DNA of 64,000 nt from Laetmonice hystrix. Lineage: Eukaryota. This document shows, in pieces, positions 27,488 through 38,954 of this stretch. Location: the NCBI GenBank assembly GCA_965235115.1, contig OZ249436.1, positions 19,158,001 through 19,222,000 on the forward strand. Direction: 5' to 3'. Position numbers and translations under genes: made by a program. The first letter of the stretch is position 1. Every line of letters begins with the position of its first letter. Under the pieces are notes generated by a model. It did no database searches and was not told where the DNA came from. It saw only the letters and a list, made by a program, of their open reading frames with translations.

Positions 27488-28289
27488 CATAGCAGACATA
27501 GTGGAATCAGGACTGAATTATTAAGTAGTCATATAATATTTCAATTCGGAGTTTTCGCCTCTAACGCATATACCTAAAGTTATTATTAACATTTCATAAT
27601 TACATTCTCATAAATAGTTCTACTTCTCGATTCTCCCGTCGAAAGGAAAGGGAGTAACTTGGGGATGTTCTGATAAAAATACCGCTATCATTGTATTCAG
27701 CAAACGCACCCTACAGAATTCGGTGCATTATTTAAATTGCTAAAGGTTTTAATATAATTAGTTCTTCTTGTCCTCCTGTTGTTATTGTTGTGTATTAATA
27801 ATTGCAGCTCTGTACCAATTTCATGGATAAGTCGTTTTATTTAAAAAATCCCACTAAGTAGTGGTACATTAGGGACGAGAAGTATTCTGGATTTATGAAC
27901 CTGATCAATAGTCGTGCCCCAGTTGAAGATAAAAACATTTTAGGAACGTTTTAGCTTTATGAAGCCAGAGTCGGTTGGCATTCAATTATCGCTGCTAATA
28001 TAAAAGCACCAAGTTATAAATATGACACGAGCACGAGGGGAAAAACCGGCTTCACTGAGGATCAACTCAGGAATTGCAAAACTCGTTTATACGGCACTGT
28101 ATGTAGAAATTATTGTGTTTATTAATAATTAAAGAGGTTATACAAAAATTGTCAGGCCCATTAGAAGGTATTATATTTTGGAATAATGTTAACACCCATT
28201 GCTGTCTCCAAACCATCACGTGTCTTTATCCCTGTGCAATCAACTCTACCATTATTTATGTTGTCACGCTCCCCCCGTTTATACTGCAC

Positions 28290-29295
28290 CGGCCGAGTTA
28301 CTGTGTCTGAATGCCCTGGTTACACCTACTAATTATCATGAGGAGTGAGGAGTACCCGACCGAGTTACTGTGTCTGAATGCCCTGGTTACACCTACTAAT
28401 TATCATGAGAAGTGAGGAGTACCCGGCCGAGTTACTGTGTCTGAATGCCCTGGTTACACCTACTAATTATCATGAGGAGTGAGGAGCACCGGGCCGAGTT
28501 ACTGTGTCTGAATGACCTGGTTACACCTACTAATTATCATGAGGAGTGAGGAGCACCCGACCGAGTTACTGTGTCTGAATGACCTGGTTACACCTACTAA
28601 TTATCATGAGGAGTGAGGAGCACCGGGCCGAGTTACTGTGTCTGAATGACCTGGTTACACCTACTAATTATCATGAGGAGTGAGGAGCACCGGGCCGAGT
28701 TACTGTGTCTGAATGCCCTGTTTACACCTACTAATTATCATGAGAAGTGAGGAGTACCCGGCCGAGTTACTGTGTCTGAATGACCTGGTTACACCTACTA
28801 ATTATCATGAGGAGTGAGGAGCACCGGGCCGAGTTACTGTGTCTGAATGACCTGGTTACACCTACTAATTATCATGAGGAGTGAGGAGCACCGGACCGAG
28901 TTACTGTGTCTGAATGACCTGGTTACACCTACTAATTATCATGAGGAGTGAGAAGCACCCGGCCGAGTTACTGTGTCTGAATGACCTGGTTACACCTACT
29001 AATTATCATGAGGAGTGAGGAGTACCCGGCCGAGTTACTGTGTCTGAATGACCTGGTTACACCTACTAATTGAGGAGTGAGGAGTACCCGACCGAGTTAC
29101 TGTGTCTGAATGACCTGGTTACACCTACTAATTATCATGAGGAGTGAGGAGTGCCCGACCGAGTTACTGTGTCTGAATGACCTGGTTACACCTACTAATT
29201 ATCATGAGGAGTGAGGAGCACCGGACCGAGTTACTGTGTCTGAATGCCCTGGTTACACCTACTAATTATCATGAGGAGTGAGGAGCACTCGGCCG
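28290..29295. repeat. 67-bp minisatellite, ~15 copies
   Basis: ACTGTG at 28501 and 28568; one unit has a 5-bp deletion near 29070. Confidence 0.97.
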
Positions 29296-30094
29296 TCAGT
29301 GGAGAGCACGCTTGGAATGAATCTAATCGGGACACTTCGGGATCTACATCCTGGCTACTTACGGCCGCGTCTGACGTCACATACAAGCAGGTGAAAATAA
29401 CATTTCAGGCCTCTTGATTTCTCTGACGGTAGCAAGAAAATATTTATGTAATTTCTCAAAGTAAAATAAGACTATATGTCATATTTGAGTTGAAGGTTTT
29501 GTGTAGAGTCACATGGACAAGAGAACGTGTTTCGTGTAACAGTGACCGAGACCCGTCTGTCTAACAGCACCACACCCGGTCGTTGGAACTAAATTACAGA
29601 TCGTCAATAGAAATCTACGCCGAGAAATCACTTATATTGACTGTAACGGCTCGGGCGGGACCAGACCGCCATGGTATACATAGACATCGTGCCGTATTTC
29701 CACACCTTGTATAGAAGCCGATGGACGCTGATTTGTGCCAGTTTAGACGGGTTCACAGTGACGCCACTAGGTGACGTCAAGGAGGCGCCAGACGCCATAT
29801 TGGCGCTGACATCTAATAACGCCAGCCGTTGGCCCTCCGAGCGCCAATCCTACAGAGGAATCTGTGAGGACCCCCGTCCTAATGTTGGGTCAGATTGTGA
29901 GTTGGAACCTAACGAGTTGGGACTGACTTGTTAGGGGGTGTTGAGGTGGCATGGAGGGCCTTCCATCAGGGCAGGTCGCGTCCCGAGTAAACCGACACCC
30001 ATCTTACCTCCCACCACCTTCTCCACATCACCTGTCACCAGCCCCACTCAAGGCACTTTGTAGGTTTCCGGGAGAATTCCGAACTTCATGTCGA

Positions 30095-30325
30095 ATCATC
30101 GTACCAGGAGCGGGTCCAGGGGGCTGAATCACCGTACCAGGAGCGGGTCCAGGGGGCTGAATCACCGTACCAGGAGCGGGTCCGGGGGCTGGATCACCAT
30201 ACCAGGAGCGGGTCGAGGGGGCTGAATCCCGTACCAGGAGCGGGCCTGGGGGCTGGATCGTCACCGTACCAGGGGCGGGACCAGGGGACTGAACCACCGT
30301 ACCAGGAGCGGGTCCAGGGGCTGAA
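30095..30325. repeat. 33-bp tandem repeat, ~7 copies (PGPAPGTVIQP on the - strand)
   Basis: GTACCAGGAGCGGGTCCAGGGGGCTGAATCACC; lies inside ORF 30028-30441(-). Confidence 0.93.
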
Positions 30326-30402
30326 TTGTCTAAGATGCGCTGTTTTGGCACTGCACGAGCGGGTCTTGAGTTATTTTCCGCGGAAAATCTGAATTTTAGA
30401 GT
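30303..30402 (-). CDS. candidate exon (TLKFRFSAENNSRPARAVPKQRILDNSAPGPAP)
   Basis: Acceptor CCTCGTCTTCGCAG; donor CTG|GTACGG is the first of several repeat-borne donors. Phase 0>1 bridges the 31642 exon and the 21746 acceptor. Confidence 0.35.
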
Positions 30403-30743
30403 CTGCGAAGACGAGGCTTCAACCTCCAACGCGGATCCCACAGAAACGTGAACGTCCCGTCAATGAAACCGACAGCCCCTGCTCGTTCTGGTATACTTCT
30501 CTGGTGTATTTTCTTATTACGATTATGACCATTAACCTTTTTCAGCCAATGATTCCTCATTCGGAAGCAAAAACCTGAATAAAACTATGTTCTGTAATAT
30601 CCTCGGAATTACGTCCGTGTAATTACGGTAATTGCGAATGTTATTTCGCAGTATTAAGGTGTCATAGTATGACAGCTGAATAATAAGGGACACCAACGAC
30701 CAGCAGATGTCATCCTGTCTACTCTTCATACACACCTCCTCTT

Positions 30744-31054
30744 CAAACATTGACCTATGGGTAATACACATTATCATGTACTCGGGACAATGGTGTTCCA
30801 AACATTGACCTATGGGTAATACACATTATCATGTACTCGGGACAATGGTGTTCCAAACATTGACCCATGGGTAATACACATTATCATGTACTCGGGACAA
30901 TGGTGTTCCAAACATTGACCCATGGGTAATACACATTATCATGTACTCGGGACAATGGTGTTCCAAACATTGACCCATGGGTAATACACATTATCATGTA
31001 CTCGGGACAATGGTGTTCCAAACATTGACCCATGGGTAATACACATTATCATGT
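30744..31054. repeat. 55-bp minisatellite, ~5.7 copies
   Basis: CTCGG at 30781 and 30836. Confidence 0.96.
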
Positions 31055-31133
31055 AGACATGTTTACACATACAAAAAATACATTTGGGGAACGAAATAAC
31101 ATTTCAGTCGGACAGAAAAGTGCGAGCTTTGGG

Positions 31134-31476
31134 CGTTATAAGACAGAACTGGATGTTCGACAAGCATGCTGGCATTGCCCCTGGCGGGAGTTTTCGTTAT
31201 AAGACAGAACTGGATGTTCGACAAGCATGCTGGCAATGCCCCTGGCGGGAGTTTTCGTTATAAGACAGAACTGAATGTTCGACAAGCATGCTGGCATTGC
31301 CCCTGGCGGGAGTTTTCGTTATAAGACAGAACTGGATGTTCGACAAGCATGCTGGCAATGCCCCTGGCGGGAGTTTTCGTTATAAGACAAAATTGGATGT
31401 TCGACAAGCATGCTGGCAATGCCCCTGGCGGGAGTTGTCGTTATAAGACCAAACTGGATGTTCGATAAGCCTGCTG
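31134..31476. repeat. 61-bp minisatellite, ~5.5 copies (second site, same unit and orientation as 25170-25484)
   Basis: Units near-identical to the 25.2-kb array. Confidence 0.96.
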
Positions 31477-31641
31477 ATAAGCATAAACTTGGTATAAATT
31501 CACCTTGAAATACTGAGTAGAAATAAAATGTCTACAAAATGAGTATGCGCGTTTGTCTGACTAAAATGTCGCTTACGTCAGTTGTACATTATACTGTATA
31601 ACACATAGGACTACATATATCGAAGACAAGTATAAACTCAC

Positions 31642-31691
31642 CTGGTTCCTAAGGATCTCTAGGATCGACACCTTTAAGATCAAACACTTAC
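31642..31691 (-). CDS. candidate 50-nt exon (GKCLILKVSILEILRNQ)
   Basis: Acceptor TTATTCTCTTTGCAG and donor CAG|GTGAGT are both near-consensus; single open frame, phase 1>0. Confidence 0.6.
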
Positions 31692-32414
31692 CTGCAAAGA
31701 GAATAATAGAGTAAAGATTAGGTCTGATAATATGTTGTCAGGTTTACAATAGAATCAATAACAACAACTCCAAGAAAGTTTGACATTGGAGTTTATTGGA
31801 AGGAGTTCTTGGCAGCACCGTGGTCGAGTTCTTGGCAGTGGTGATACGACAGTTAAAGGTACCTGTCGATAAATTGTTAATGGCACGCATGAATTTATTC
31901 TATACCGTGTGTTCAGGGTTTGTCAATCTGTATGCCGTCAGTCCACAGTCTCCCAGCGCCCCCCCCCCCACACACACACACACTTTATCTCCACCCTCAG
32001 TCTCCCCGCTCTGAAGGTCGTCGTTTTATTCTGCCATCTGAGCCTCGCTTTGATACCCGCCCCGTATAGGGTCACGTGACATCACTTTCATTCATGGCGT
32101 CCATAATGGCTTCTGGTCTTTGAGGCGAGCAGGTAAAAATCAATTTCCCCTCTTCTTGGCCATGGTTGCAAATGTAAAATGAAAGCACACGAATAAAATT
32201 GTCGATTTCCAGCAGTTTAAAACGTTTTACCAAGCACGGGCTCACTTTAATCTGTATAAAGTTATCACTACAGCAGGAAGCACAGACCTCTCTCCATGTT
32301 CAACAACGACATGGGGATGTAAGAAGTCATCACTCGTCTACCACGGGTGAAGTCAGCACACTTCGATCTCTTTCATATCGACCAGGCGGAATTAAATGGC
32401 TGCAAGTTTTACGT

Positions 32415-33207
32415 CTTACGATACGTATCATGATACATGATGAACGAACCGAGACGTATCACGATACATGACGAACGAGCCGAGACGTATCACGATACAT
32501 GACGAACGAGCCGATACGTATCACGATACATGACGAACGAACCGAGACGTATCACGATACATGACGAACGAACCGATACGTATCACGATACATGACGAAC
32601 GAGCCGATACGTATCACGATATATGACGAACGAGCCGATACGTATAACGATACATGACGAACGAACCGATACGTATCACGATACATTACGAACGAGCCGA
32701 TACGTATCACGATACATGAGGAACGAACCGATACGTATCACGATACCTGACGAACGAACCGAGACGTATCACGATACATGACGAACGAACCGATACGTAT
32801 CACGATACATGACGAACGAACCGGACGTATCACGATACATGACGAACGAACCGAGACGTATCACGATACATGACGAACGAGCCGATACGTATAACGATAC
32901 ATGACGAACGAACCGAGACGTATCACGATACATAACGAACGAACCGATACGTATCACGATACATGACGAACGAGCCGATACGTATAACGATACATGACGA
33001 ACGAACCGAGACGTATCACGATACATGACGAACGAACCGAGACGTATAACGATACATGACGAACGAACCGAGACGTATCACGATACATGACGAACGAACC
33101 GGACGTATCACGATACATGAAGAACGAACCGATACGTATCCCGATACATGACGAACGAACCGAGACGTATCACGATACATGACGAACGAACCGAGACGTA
33201 TCACGAT
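32415..33207. repeat. 31-bp minisatellite, ~25 copies
   Basis: GATACATGACGAACGAACCGAGACGTATCAC. Confidence 0.97.
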
Positions 33208-33299
33208 TTTGATGGTGGTGCCCCACTTGTCCTATTCGCCAGGTGTCGCCACAGTTCTCCCTGCGGTCAATGCAGACGTCAGAAATCGGTCGTCAAAGG

Positions 33300-34920
33300 G
33301 AAGACGGGAGGTGGGGACACCTTGATACCTGTCACAGGTGTGGGGAGACAGGAACTGGGGACACCTTGATACCTGTCACAGGTGTGGGGAGACGGGAGGT
33401 GGGGACACCTTGATACCTGTCACATTGTGTGGGGAGACGGGAGGTGGGGACACCTTGATACCTGTCACAGGTGTGGGGAGACAGGAACTGGGGACACCTT
33501 GATACCTGTCACAGGTGTGGGGAGACGGGAGGTGGGGACACCTTGATACCTGTCACAGGTGTGGGGAGACAGGAACTGGGGACACCTTGATACCTGTCAC
33601 AGGTGTGGGGAGACGGGAGGTGGGGACACCTTGATACCTGTCACATTGTGTGGGGAGACGGGAGGTGGGGACACCTTGATACCTGTCACAGGTGTGGGGA
33701 GACAGGAACTGGGGACACCTTGATACCTGTCACAGGTGTGGGGAGACGGGAGATGGGGGACACATCGATACCTGTCACAGGTGTGGGGAGACTGGAGGTG
33801 GAGACACCTCGATACCTGTCACAGGTGTGGGGAGACTGGAGGTGGAGACTGCTCGATACTTGTCACAGGTGTGGGGAGACAGGAAGTGGGGAAACCTCGA
33901 TACCTGTCACAGGTGTGGGGAGACGGGAGGTGGGGACACCTTGATACCTGTCACAGGTGTGGGGAGACAGGAAGTGGGGACACCTCGATACCTGTCACAG
34001 GTGTGGGGAGACAGGAAGTGGGGAAACCTTGATACCTGTCACAGGTGTGGGGAGACAGGAAGTGGGGACACCTCGATACCTGTCACAGGTGTGGGGAGAC
34101 AGGAAGTGGGGAAACCTTGATACCTGTCACAGGTGTGGGTAGACGGGAGGTGGGGACACCTCGATACCTGTCACAGGTGTGGGGAGACAGGAAGTGGGGA
34201 CACCTCGATACCTGTCACAGGTGTGGGTAGACGGGAGGTGGGGACACCTCGATACCTGTCACAGATGTGGGGAGACAGGAAGTGGGGACACCTTGATACC
34301 TGTCACAGGTGTGGGGAGACGGGAGATGGGGGACACATCGATACCTGTCACAGGTGTGGGGAGACAGGAAGTGGGGAAACCTTGATACCTGTCACAGGTG
34401 TGGGTAGACGGGAGGTGGGGACACCTCGATACCTGTCACAGGTGTGGGGAGACAGGAAGTGGGGAAACCTTGATACCTGTCACAGGTGTGGGTAGACGGG
34501 AGGTGGGGACACCTCGATACCTGTCACAGATGTGGGGAGACAGGAAGTGGGGACACCTTGATACCTGTCACAGGTGTGGGGAGACGGGAGATGGGGGACA
34601 CATCGATACCTGTCACAGGTGTGGGGAGACGGGAGGTGGGGGACACCTCGATACCTGTCACAGGTGTGGGGAGACGGGAGGTGGGGGACACCTCGATACC
34701 TGTCACAGGTGTGGGGAGACGGGAGGTGGGGGACACCTCGATACCTGTCACAGGTGTTGGGAGACTGGAGGTGGGGACACCTCGACACCTGTCACAGGTG
34801 TGGGGAGACGGGAGGTGGGGGACACCTTGATACCTGTCACAGGTGTGGGGAGACGGGAGGTGGGGGACACCTCGATACCTGTCACAGGTGTGGGGAGACG
34901 AGAGATGTGGAACCTCGATA
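33300..34920. repeat. 44-45-bp minisatellite, ~36 copies
   Basis: GGGGAGACGGGAGGTGGGGACACCTTGATACCTGTCACAGGTGT with alternating variants. Confidence 0.97.
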
Positions 34921-34926
34921 CGTTAA

Positions 34927-35770
34927 AGGGGCATATTATGAGGAAACGTGAAAAATCGGTATTTCAAAGAACTTTTGCTGTTTTCACAAAGAGATCCTTC
35001 ATTAAAATTGCTTGGTAAACAAAGACAGACTTATCAGTTCCATTTTGCGTGAGAAATCGAAGTTTTTGGAGCCCCCTTGCTGGCTACCTTGAAAAACGGC
35101 TCCGCCCATCGTTTGCACGTGGATTTTGTTGAATCACGTGGCACGCAGAACCCTCGCGCATGCTCAGACGGTTTGTTTTGAAGTGCTTCAAATCGCTGAC
35201 GTACGTTTAGTTTTATCAGTCAGGAAATTGTCTGACACTCGATCGGGGAAACAATGGCGGCTCCGGAACGTTTCAAGCGTGTCCCGTGTGTCGCCTCCCC
35301 CCCCCCCCACCCACCCACAGGCCGGCCCAGGCCAGACGCTCGTCGCTAGCGCGCTATATGCTCGCTCGACATTCGAGGTGCCGACACCTCGCCAACGACC
35401 CCCTTGCCTTGGTTTCCGAGATTGACTTGCTGTCTTTTCCAACTTCTGTATCTTTCTTTCCTTGCCCGCTTCTCTGCCGATTCCGTAAAATATTTTTTGG
35501 GTGGCATTCTGATGCCGAACGATCGAGTGCAACTGCTGAATTGTTTACAACTAAGCGAAGCAAGTGACTAAGCACATGCAGAGAGTGCACACACAGGATG
35601 TGACGAAATCTATACGTTTTGTCCTCTGAAACCTACTTGTGCTGCATACGCAGCGAAAACATGTCGGAGGACAAAATGCTGTGGTAGGATTATTTACTTA
35701 GATCCCTAGTACACGGTCATGTTGGATAATCGCCGGAAATCCTCCAAAACGTGTTTCTTAGCATGGCCCT
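34927..35770 (+). mobile_element. non-autonomous Kolobok-type DNA transposon, copy 1 (844 bp)
   Basis: TTAA|AGGGGCATAT ... GCATGGCCCT|TTAA, i.e. TTAA TSD with purine-starting termini. Homologous in inverted orientation to 48231-48758. No transposase ORF. Confidence 0.8.
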
Positions 35771-35887
35771 TTAAGTAGGGCTTGTGTGACACTGAACCAG
35801 GTCTCTGGACGACTTGGGGCTGTATATGGCAACACCAACCCCACACCCACACACCCACCCAGCCTGTACCCCCAACCCCAGCCATAC

Positions 35888-35941
35888 CTTCATCCGGTTT
35901 GTTCCAGTTTACCCCGCCAGATGGCACCAGAGTATCGTAAT
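35888..35941 (-). CDS. candidate 54-nt symmetric exon (DYDTLVPSGGVNWNKPDEG)
   Basis: Acceptor GCTTCTTTTACTTCTTGAAAG, donor AAG|GTATGG. Phase 1>1 fits between exons 44523 and 31691. Confidence 0.5.
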
Positions 35942-36027
35942 CTTTCAAGAAGTAAAAGAAGCGCGCGATGACTCGGAGAGGTTGATGAAAATAAATAGCG
36001 AAAGGGCCCTGTCCATCCCGATAGGAC

Positions 36028-36066
<39 letters not shown>
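36028..36066. repeat. (ATTG)n microsatellite
   Basis: Direct inspection. Confidence 0.95.
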
Positions 36067-36068
<2 letters not shown>

Positions 36069-36359
36069 GTATTGGCATTGATATATTGGATGATTGACAA
36101 ACCGATATAGATGGATGTGGATCGCTTTCCAGTGACACTCTACGCCCGACCACCACCACAGTCCACCACCACCCAGGACCACCTGCCAATACAGACAGTT
36201 TCCGCATCATGCACCAGACATCTGGACCCGGTTTTTGTCCCTCATCTGGTGCCAGTTTCTCCACCGCCAGGATGTGGACCACTTGGCAGACGGAGCCAAG
36301 GAGAGTTTTGGTGTCGGGAGTTCACCGGGGAGCTTGTTGGGGTGAGAGCAACCGGCCCT

Positions 36360-36740
36360 CAACCCACTCCCGGTCCGCCCCCGGCCCACCGGGGCCCACC
36401 CCAGGCCCGTCTCCGGCCCATCCCCAGCCCACTCCCGGCCCGCCCCCGGCCCACCCGTGGCCCGTCTCCGGCCCATCCCCAGTCCACCCCATGTCCACCC
36501 CATGCCCACCCCAGGCCACCCCTGGCTCACTCCCGGCCAGCCCCCAGCCCACCCCATACCCACCCCAGGCCCACCCCAGGCCGCCCCCGGCTCACTCCCG
36601 GCCAGCCCCCGGCCCATCCCAGGCCCACCCCAGGCCGCCCCCGGCTCACTCCGGCCAGCCCCCGGCCCACCCCAGGCCCACCCCAGGCCGCCCCTAGCTC
36701 ACTCCCGGCCAGCCCCCGGCCCACCCACGGCCCACTCCAG
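36360..36740. repeat. GC-rich degenerate repeat (~55-bp period in the right half)
   Basis: CCAGGCCCACCCCAGGCCGCCCCCGGCTCACTCCCGGCCAGCCCCCGG units. Confidence 0.85.
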
Positions 36741-38096
36741 GCATAGTGTTTGGCTCCGGCTGGCCGGTAATTGAAAACACTTCATTACGGATCCCAACCC
36801 CGCCATTACCTGAGGCCAACCCCTGCCCATCGCAACCCCCACAACCCTGCTACCACCGGAACCCCACCCCTAACCCCATGCCCACTCTCTAATACCCCAC
36901 ACTCGGGTTCAACATAAATACCCTGAGACTATTTGGATTCGCCCCGTTAATTTGTTCAGCTTACTAACACCCCTTGTCGCCACCGCCTTCTCCTTCCAGC
37001 CTCGTTATCACTGCTATAATCACGTGATTACTGGAAGCGGCCCAAGTTTTTTTTAGCTAAGCGCTGAGATACCAGCGAATCCTCACACTTTTACCTCTTA
37101 GCTACCACAGACCGGCACAATAACCGGACAGGTTGTTTATTCACTGTCTTATACACCCAATTTACGTTTTCTCAGATGTGCACCATGCCTTTGGCCTGAC
37201 GTTCCACCTGGGGGGGGGGGGGCTCTATGCCGTCACAAAGTGCTGTAGAATAGAGTTTACCGCCTAGCATCGCGTGGGTACGTACAAACTCATGCTAGGA
37301 CCTCCTTGGGTACGTATAAACAATAGCATTGATACTATAGACACTATAGACAGTGCGATGTCGCTGATATTAGATTTATAAACTACAAACTACGAATCCA
37401 TTATCTTTAAACTATGAATACTCAGAAATAATGCATTTCACAATAGTCCTTTCGGAAAATAAAAAACAAAATAAGCATTTTCTGCAATCTTGGGCTACAC
37501 AAAGTGTAGGCCTACTACGGATGAGCGTTTTTAGATTAAAAAAAATTCAGTTTCTTATCTTGACCAGGCGAAACTTGGCTGGTTCTGTGGTAACCGAACG
37601 CTTTATTAGAACCGTGAAGGGCCCTAATTGCCAGACCTTTACTAAGATATACGCAAAGTTTCCTTTAACATCAGGTCACAACAATCAGCTCCTCAAATCA
37701 AAGCGAGTTCACGCCCCTATAGAGAGTGAAAGTGACGTCGTCCTGTGGGACGATAATGCGTGGAACAGAGCCACTTCCGGGGAATAACGTCAAGTTGTAA
37801 ACAAAGGAGAATCACGGCATGTGAAGATACAGCAGAGTTAAAAATATAGAAGACTTATCATTCAGTAACAGAAATCATCTGTGCAAAGTTGGAAATAATA
37901 ATAATTGCAGTAGGCTTGGTGGGGGATGTCGTAAAGTTTGGTCCATAACTTTAACCATTGCCGCCAAGCGGCGTATTCCCCGGAACTGGCCAAATCCTAC
38001 AATATTGTGACGTTACTTTCACTCCCTATACTAAGTATGAATGTGTGTGTATATCGGAGGGGTGTACCTCGCTCATGTAATCACTGTTCATCTTTA

Positions 38097-38860
38097 CCCG
38101 TCCTGACCCGTCCTGACACGTCCTGACCCGCCCTTACCAGTCCTGGCCGGTCCTGACCAGTCCTGACCCGTCCTGACCCGTCCTGACCCGTCCTGACCAG
38201 TCCTGACCCGTCCTGGCCGGTCCTGACCCGTCCTGACCCGTCCTGACCCGTCCTGACCAGTCCTGACCCGTCCTGACCCGTCCTGACCAGTCCTGACCCG
38301 TCCTGAGCCGTCCTGACCCGTTCTGACCAGTCATGGCCCGCCTTGACCAGTCATGGCCAGTCCTGACCCGTCCTGACCCGTCCTGACCAGTCCTGACCCG
38401 TCCTGACCCGTCCTGACCCGTCCTGACCAGTCCTGACCCGTCCTGACCCGTCCTGACCAGTCCTGACCCGTCCTGACCCGTCCTGACCAGTCCTGACACG
38501 TCCTGACCCGTTCTGACCAGTCCTGACACGTCCTAGCCCGTCCTGACCCGTCCTGACCCGTCCTGACACGTCCTGAGCCGTCCTGACCCGTTCTGACCAG
38601 TCATGGCCCGCCTTGACCAGTCATGGCCAGTCCTGACCCGTCCTGACCCGTCCTGACCAGTCCTGACCCGTCCTGACCCGTCCTGACCCGTCCTGACCAG
38701 TCCTGACCCGTCCTGAGCCGTCCTGACCCGTTCTGACCAGTCATGGCCCGCCTTGACCAGTCATGGCCGGTCCTGACCCGTCCTTACCAGTCCTGACCCG
38801 TCCTGACCAGTCCTGGCCAGTCCTGACCCGTCCTGATCCGTCTTTACCAGTCCTGACCCC
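38097..38860. repeat. 10-bp tandem repeat (GTCCTGACCC/A), ~76 copies
   Basis: Direct inspection; recurring variant blocks. Confidence 0.97.
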
Positions 38861-38941
38861 CCCCCCAGCACGTGTTGCAGTCCGTCGACCCACCTATACC
38901 CCCCCCCCAGCACGTGTTGCAGTCCGTCGACCCACCTATAC
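38857..38941. repeat. ~42-bp direct duplication
   Basis: CCCCCCCCAGCACGTGTTGCAGTCCGTCGACCCACCTATAC occurs twice. Confidence 0.9.
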
Positions 38942-38954
38942 GAGATAACACGGC

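Noticed and set aside
21461-30033. Identical 16-mer CTTCTCCACATCACCT at 21461 and 30018
   Set aside because: Roughly one chance 16-mer match is expected in a 64-kb self-comparison; flanks are unrelated.
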